A DNA stretch of 64,000 nucleotides from Microbotryum violaceum (lineage: Eukaryota), in contig CDLV01000005.1 of the NCBI GenBank assembly GCA_001244265.2, positions 1,736,001 through 1,800,000 on the forward strand, read 5' to 3'. Made by a program: the position numbers and the translations under genes. The notes below the pieces were generated by a model, which was given only the letters and a program-made list of their open reading frames with translations, did not search any database and had not been told where the DNA came from. This document shows, one piece after another, positions 59,275 through 64,000 of this stretch (the stretch's first letter is position 1; each line of letters begins with the position of its first letter).

Positions 59275-60473
59275 AGAGTCGAAAACGCAATGCGTTCTGC
59301 AAAAGACATCCTTTACAGTCTTCGAGCAACCTATACCACGAAAAGACTACTACACAAAGAGACACGTCCATGATTTACGGTGTTGTTGTGGTCGAAGTGC
59401 TCCAGCGCGTTACCACGCCTTCCATGCCCGAATCCGATCTTGGACCCCGCTCTCACCTAAATCGATGACCAACCTCGCGACTTACGACTCACGAGAGGGC
59501 GTGGCCTTACGGCCGCGCGTCACTGATCGGGCTCAAAGGGTGGGAGCAGACGCTGAGACCGAGCAGGCGTAGAATGATGTAGAGTTAAATGCGCCCAGGC
59601 TGAGCGAGAATGGACGGTGTGGTACCCGAGAGAGCTCAGGCCGAATACGAGCTGCCGGCAGCTTTGACCTCGACTCAGGAGGCAAACCTCGAGCGCACTA
59701 GCGCCAGTTGCAACCGCCCAGTCGATCCCGCCGTTGCTGAACATCGCAGCCGTGGACATCAATCTCCTTCGTCGGGAACCATGGCTGGACTCGGCGGTAG
59801 CCACTCAACAGTCTCAGACGGGGGAGGCCCCACGTCGCATCATCACGCCGCAGGCTGTCGCAAGTCTTTTCAAAACGATGAGACAGAATCGACGTTCCCG
59901 CCCGGAGACGCCAGCTGCTGCAACCGTTGCCAGCATCGTAGCGGAGTCTTTGTTCGACTGGGCCACCCACTTCCGCCGCCTGCTAGCCCTAGTAGGGTCG
60001 AACGAACTTATCTATCTCTCTGCGTCACGAACGCGTGATGTGAGCTAGCGGCCACGGGTGGTGATGTTCCCGCGCCGATCCGGAAATTGCCACCCGGGGC
60101 CGGTGGTGTCGTCAGTGATCTGCGCACTGGCGATGGTACCAGATTTGCAGTCGTTCTACAATATCCTTGCCTATGCCCTCCCTGCCGAGTGGGAGAGCCG
60201 AGTCAAAAATTTACCCGAGGGGCGATCACATGTGGGGCCCAAGATCGAGCTCGGGACCCCGGTGACAACGATCGCATCACGCAATATCGCGCCTTCCGTC
60301 TGGTGAAATAACAGCATTGGATCAGAGCTTTAATCGGAACATTGACCTAGCCACGTGCATTCTACCCCTTGCACCTCTCAAATTCGGCCTCGTTCAACGA
60401 TTCGTCGCGGCTGTTCAATTCGATCGATCGCCGAACAAGCGCCTGCAGTGAGCCTTGCCATGTGTGCATATGT

Positions 60474-63400
60474 CACCTCTGGCTATATATATAAGCACGC
60501 TAAACAGTGGCGCGCGCAGCGCGCCTCCGACCCTCGCTTCCGCACGACGTAGCCATACATGTTGCCCCCCCTGCAACCCGGGTTGCTGGATGGCCCGAGG
60601 ACTAGGGCAACCTGCTAATGAGATTGACCTATTATTAGGGAGTACTTGTGCAGTCGCCCGCAGAGCTGTCTCTTCCAGCCTCCTCCCGCTCAGCGCCAAA
60701 TCAGACCCGCCTCAGTTCTAAGACGAGCACCAACTATTGTAACACACAGTAATACATTCTCGAATTTGTATCAGACAATGGGCAGGCATAAATGGAATCG
60801 CTTCAAGTTCTGACCTGACAGGCTACTTCGAGGGACATCCTGACTATAAGCCCGAGGCCTTCGTTCGGACGCTCGAATCCGCACCAACATCCCCGGAACC
60901 CGGCACATGGTTACGTACACTGCGCGCCAAATTCAGCAAAAAACCTTTGATGAACATGCTCGTGGCGAAGCTAGCTCTCCGTCTCCTCGGCCTCCAATGG
61001 CCCCTCCGATACAGGCCGATTTCGACGAAGCCGCCAACCCGAGTGGGATGGATTGGGATGATGAACGTCACAGCGAGTACGGTGGTGGCCATGAAAGCGA
61101 CTTTAGTCCGGCCCCATACTTTTCGGATCGAACATCCCGTATGCCAATCGCGCCTGACTATATTGCAACCGCCGAGCGATTATCATTGGCTGATCTGCGC
61201 CAAGTCGAAAGTTTCGAACCAGCCACACGTGGTCAGTCGAAGAAAGAAACGTACAAGCAGTTTGTGTTCAACGACGCTCGTCTAAGGAGCTTGGAACGGC
61301 CAGCGCTTCTGCGCCAGTATATTGCGTTTTGCGCTGGGGTCAAAGGTCATCTACGGCCCTTGATTGACGTGGACGAGGAGCTGTGCCAGGGTTCGGTCGC
61401 TAGCGAAGTGCCGCCGCCTTGTTCATGCGAGAGCCCCCTCACATTACTGCTTGACGTGTACGACCTCATAAGCCGTATGTGAATAAGGCAAGTTGGGTCA
61501 CTGTGTCGAATAACGCGCTACAAGGTCGAATCGATGCAGTGGTCGAGGTACCGATCGCTTTTTGTCCGAGATCCAGCAGCGATAGCCCATGCCTTACGTA
61601 CGCCGAGCGCCTTGCTCAGATCGGAATGATCGGATCGACCGCAGCTGCTCCTCGCTCTGCCTTCACCTTTCGACTTGTACAATTTCTCGACTCCTGGTGG
61701 AGCACCGCGCCGTTTCCTGTTGATGGAGCAGCTCGCGGGCTCGACATTTTCTATGAGCAAACTGGATGGGGTCGGCCGGGCCTGAGTCAGCATAAATTCG
61801 TGAGCTCGACCCCTGTCATGGTTGCTATTGATCATTATCTGATATTTATCATCGTTCGCGCAGGACAAGGAGCTGCGAAAGCAACTCCAGCGCGCCCTTG
61901 ACGAATTTCGGGCTCTCACGACATCCGAGCGAGAATTGGGCGACCTCGTCCTCGGTGTCGCGGGTTCTCTCTCGGATAAGTGTCCAGCATGCTACGGATC
62001 GACGCGTCTAAATCAAGCCCACCATAGAGTCGAAGTGCAGCATCTTGTCGCTCTGGATGGCAACTTCCAACATTCTCGCGACACCTCAGCCAAATACGAT
62101 TTTCAGGAGTCGACGCCAGCCCTCTTCATCGGCGAAGGCGAGCTCGAATCGACGAAGGAGATCTGTGATGGTGGCGACAGCAAGAAGTCAGAAAAGGTCC
62201 GTTGATCCGAGCCGCCCCCTGCGATCCTTTCAACGCGCTGACGCCCTTCCTCTCGCGTCTTGAAGGCCTGTGCCGATTCGTGGAAAGCGGCCAACGGCGG
62301 TGCGACACAAATATCGCGGGGCAAGTCCGATACGGGCCTAGTTGCCTGTGTTTGCCGTCACGACATCGCGTTGAAGATGGTCAATTTGTATCAATCAGGC
62401 GAAAAGTTCGTCAGCTCAGCTCCTCTTTCAACCGCTTACAAGGCCTGACGCTCGATTTTGATGAGGCAGGCGCTACTACGGCTTATCGCTGCTGCAACAT
62501 ATTTCGAACCAACTCCCTTCCAACGATACACTCGGAGTGCTGTATGATGTTGCGTGTAATTTGGACGGCTACATGCAATCGGTCAGGAAGAGTGGCGGAT
62601 CCGTCGTTTCTTAGATTTCTGGCCCTGGGGCGCCGCTGACCTGTACTGTACTTCGATCGCCTGCAGAGAAGTATCCTTCCCGATCTGTTTCCGAGATTGA
62701 AGTTTGCCACGAGCGTGTTTCATGCTTTTGCTCATCAATGGCCCTGCCAGCTTGAGTACAACCCGCGCCTGATTCAGCACTTTGGGTTGACGGCTGGGGA
62801 GGGATGCGAACGCGTTTGGAGTCAGCTCCGATCGCTCATCCCGATCAATCGTCCTGCGAGCGCTTCTCACCGGCGCGTCAACATCTCGCGTCGCATCGAC
62901 CTGGTGTTGACAGCCTCGGTATGCTCTGCCATCCACACTTTCACGCCGTGTTCGTTACTTAATTGTGCGGTCCCTTCATTCATCGTCCATTCCAGGCCGT
63001 TGGTTCCGCAGACGACTGTCGAATGCTCATGATCAGCTTGGAAGGGCACAAACTGATCTGAGTAACGTTTCGGCAATATGGTCCGAGTCTGACCTTCTCG
63101 CGCAATGGGATTTACGACGAGCTGCTCAAGCGGCCACAACGGCGGGTCAACGTCGGGAGAACGAGGACAAGGAGCGATTAGAGCTTTTTAACATTGTACA
63201 GAGGCTACACCACGTGGAAGAAAGGCTGTACGTTCGGCGCGTCAAACCCCATTGGAGGACGAGGGCGTAAAATTGACACTGTGTCTTGGCATTGTGTGTT
63301 CAGATTCGATCCAACGGCTTCCGATGAAGCGAAGGCTCGCTTGCAGCAACAGCTAAGAGCTTACCAACAAGAATACGATCGCACGAAGGAGCTTGCAGCT

Positions 63401-64000
63401 TCAGGTGCGGCGCGCGTCCTATCTTTATGAGTATCGCCACCTGATGTTTGATGTCCCATGACATACCTAGATTTCCAGCATTTGTGCAACTGCGTAGTCA
63501 AACTTCGCACATTACACAAAGCGACGGTCCAATTGCAATGCTGTCAAGAACGAATTGACTCAATGGGTCGGGGACGAAGCGGCGCGACAATCGGTCAAGT
63601 CGAAGGCAGCAAGCTTGTCAGCGTCTCACAGACGCACAGCAAGAAAGTAAAAGTGGCAATCGATATGTACAATAAAGCGGTCGGGGATTACCGAAATGCT
63701 GCGACCGAGCAATCGGCCCAGATTCTGGACAACTTACCGCTCGCTACCACAATTAAGTCGCTTGCGACTCTGTCGCCAACGGACGCTTTCTGACAAGACG
63801 GTTTTTTCGTACACGACACTGCGCCTTGGGCGATTGATACCGATGTTCAGAAAGGGATCAAGGCGGTTTTACTCAAAGCCAGGGCGGAAGAAGAGATTCT
63901 CCGGATCGGAGCTGAGGTTCGACAACTACTTGCGTGGCTCGAAGATGAGGATACTCGCTTTGTTAGGGTATCTCAGGCATGGGCAGAGGACCGAGGTGAG
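60474..64000 (+). mobile_element. KDZ-family DNA transposon, left end and transposase (runs off the window)
   Basis: Left TIR 60474-~60611 matches the TIRs of the 11270-15696 element; KDZ transposase follows. Confidence 0.88.
60907..64000 (+). pseudogene. CxC1-KDZ transposase with nonsense mutation
   Basis: CxC-like PPPCSC..FCP..C..L..G..P..AFTFRL; CPAC; ALDGNFQH; CADSWKA; GLVACVCRHD; YDVACNL; VFHAFAHQWPCQLEYNPR; GEGCERVWS; in-frame TGA at 63791-63793. Confidence 0.85.

Noticed and set aside
59570-60310. Broken ORFs upstream of the second KDZ copy
   Set aside because: No recognisable family or coherent gene model

Overview
Intron-rich fungal genomic DNA. The gene structure and transposon types suggest a basidiomycete, probably Pucciniomycotina; this is an inference. 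Housekeeping genes (PSD1, BCAT, NPP-type phosphodiesterase, CDC50, DUF938 methyltransferase, tandem-START protein, PNO1, YPT7, SEC4/Rab8, YOP1, OYE-family oxidoreductase, TIM22, TSR2, UCH37, tRNA-Ala) alternate with transposon-rich islands at about 8.9-17 kb, 26-27 kb, 37-51 kb and 60.5-64 kb. Highlights: (i) a KDZ-family DNA transposon in two copies; the deleted copy has ~137-bp TIRs, a 5-bp TSD, two unknown cargo ORFs and a ~42-bp-periodic array of 24-bp palindromes with ~18-bp variable spacers; (ii) an AcademH-like element with a perfect 9-bp TSD; (iii) a head-to-tail stack of LINE 3' ends starting ~62 bp upstream of a tRNA gene; (iv) a four-exon gene, absent from the ORF track, for a 93-aa secreted Cys-rich prepropeptide; (v) a fold-back Copia integrase duplication. 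Exon boundaries were read by eye, and no database searches or folding were run.
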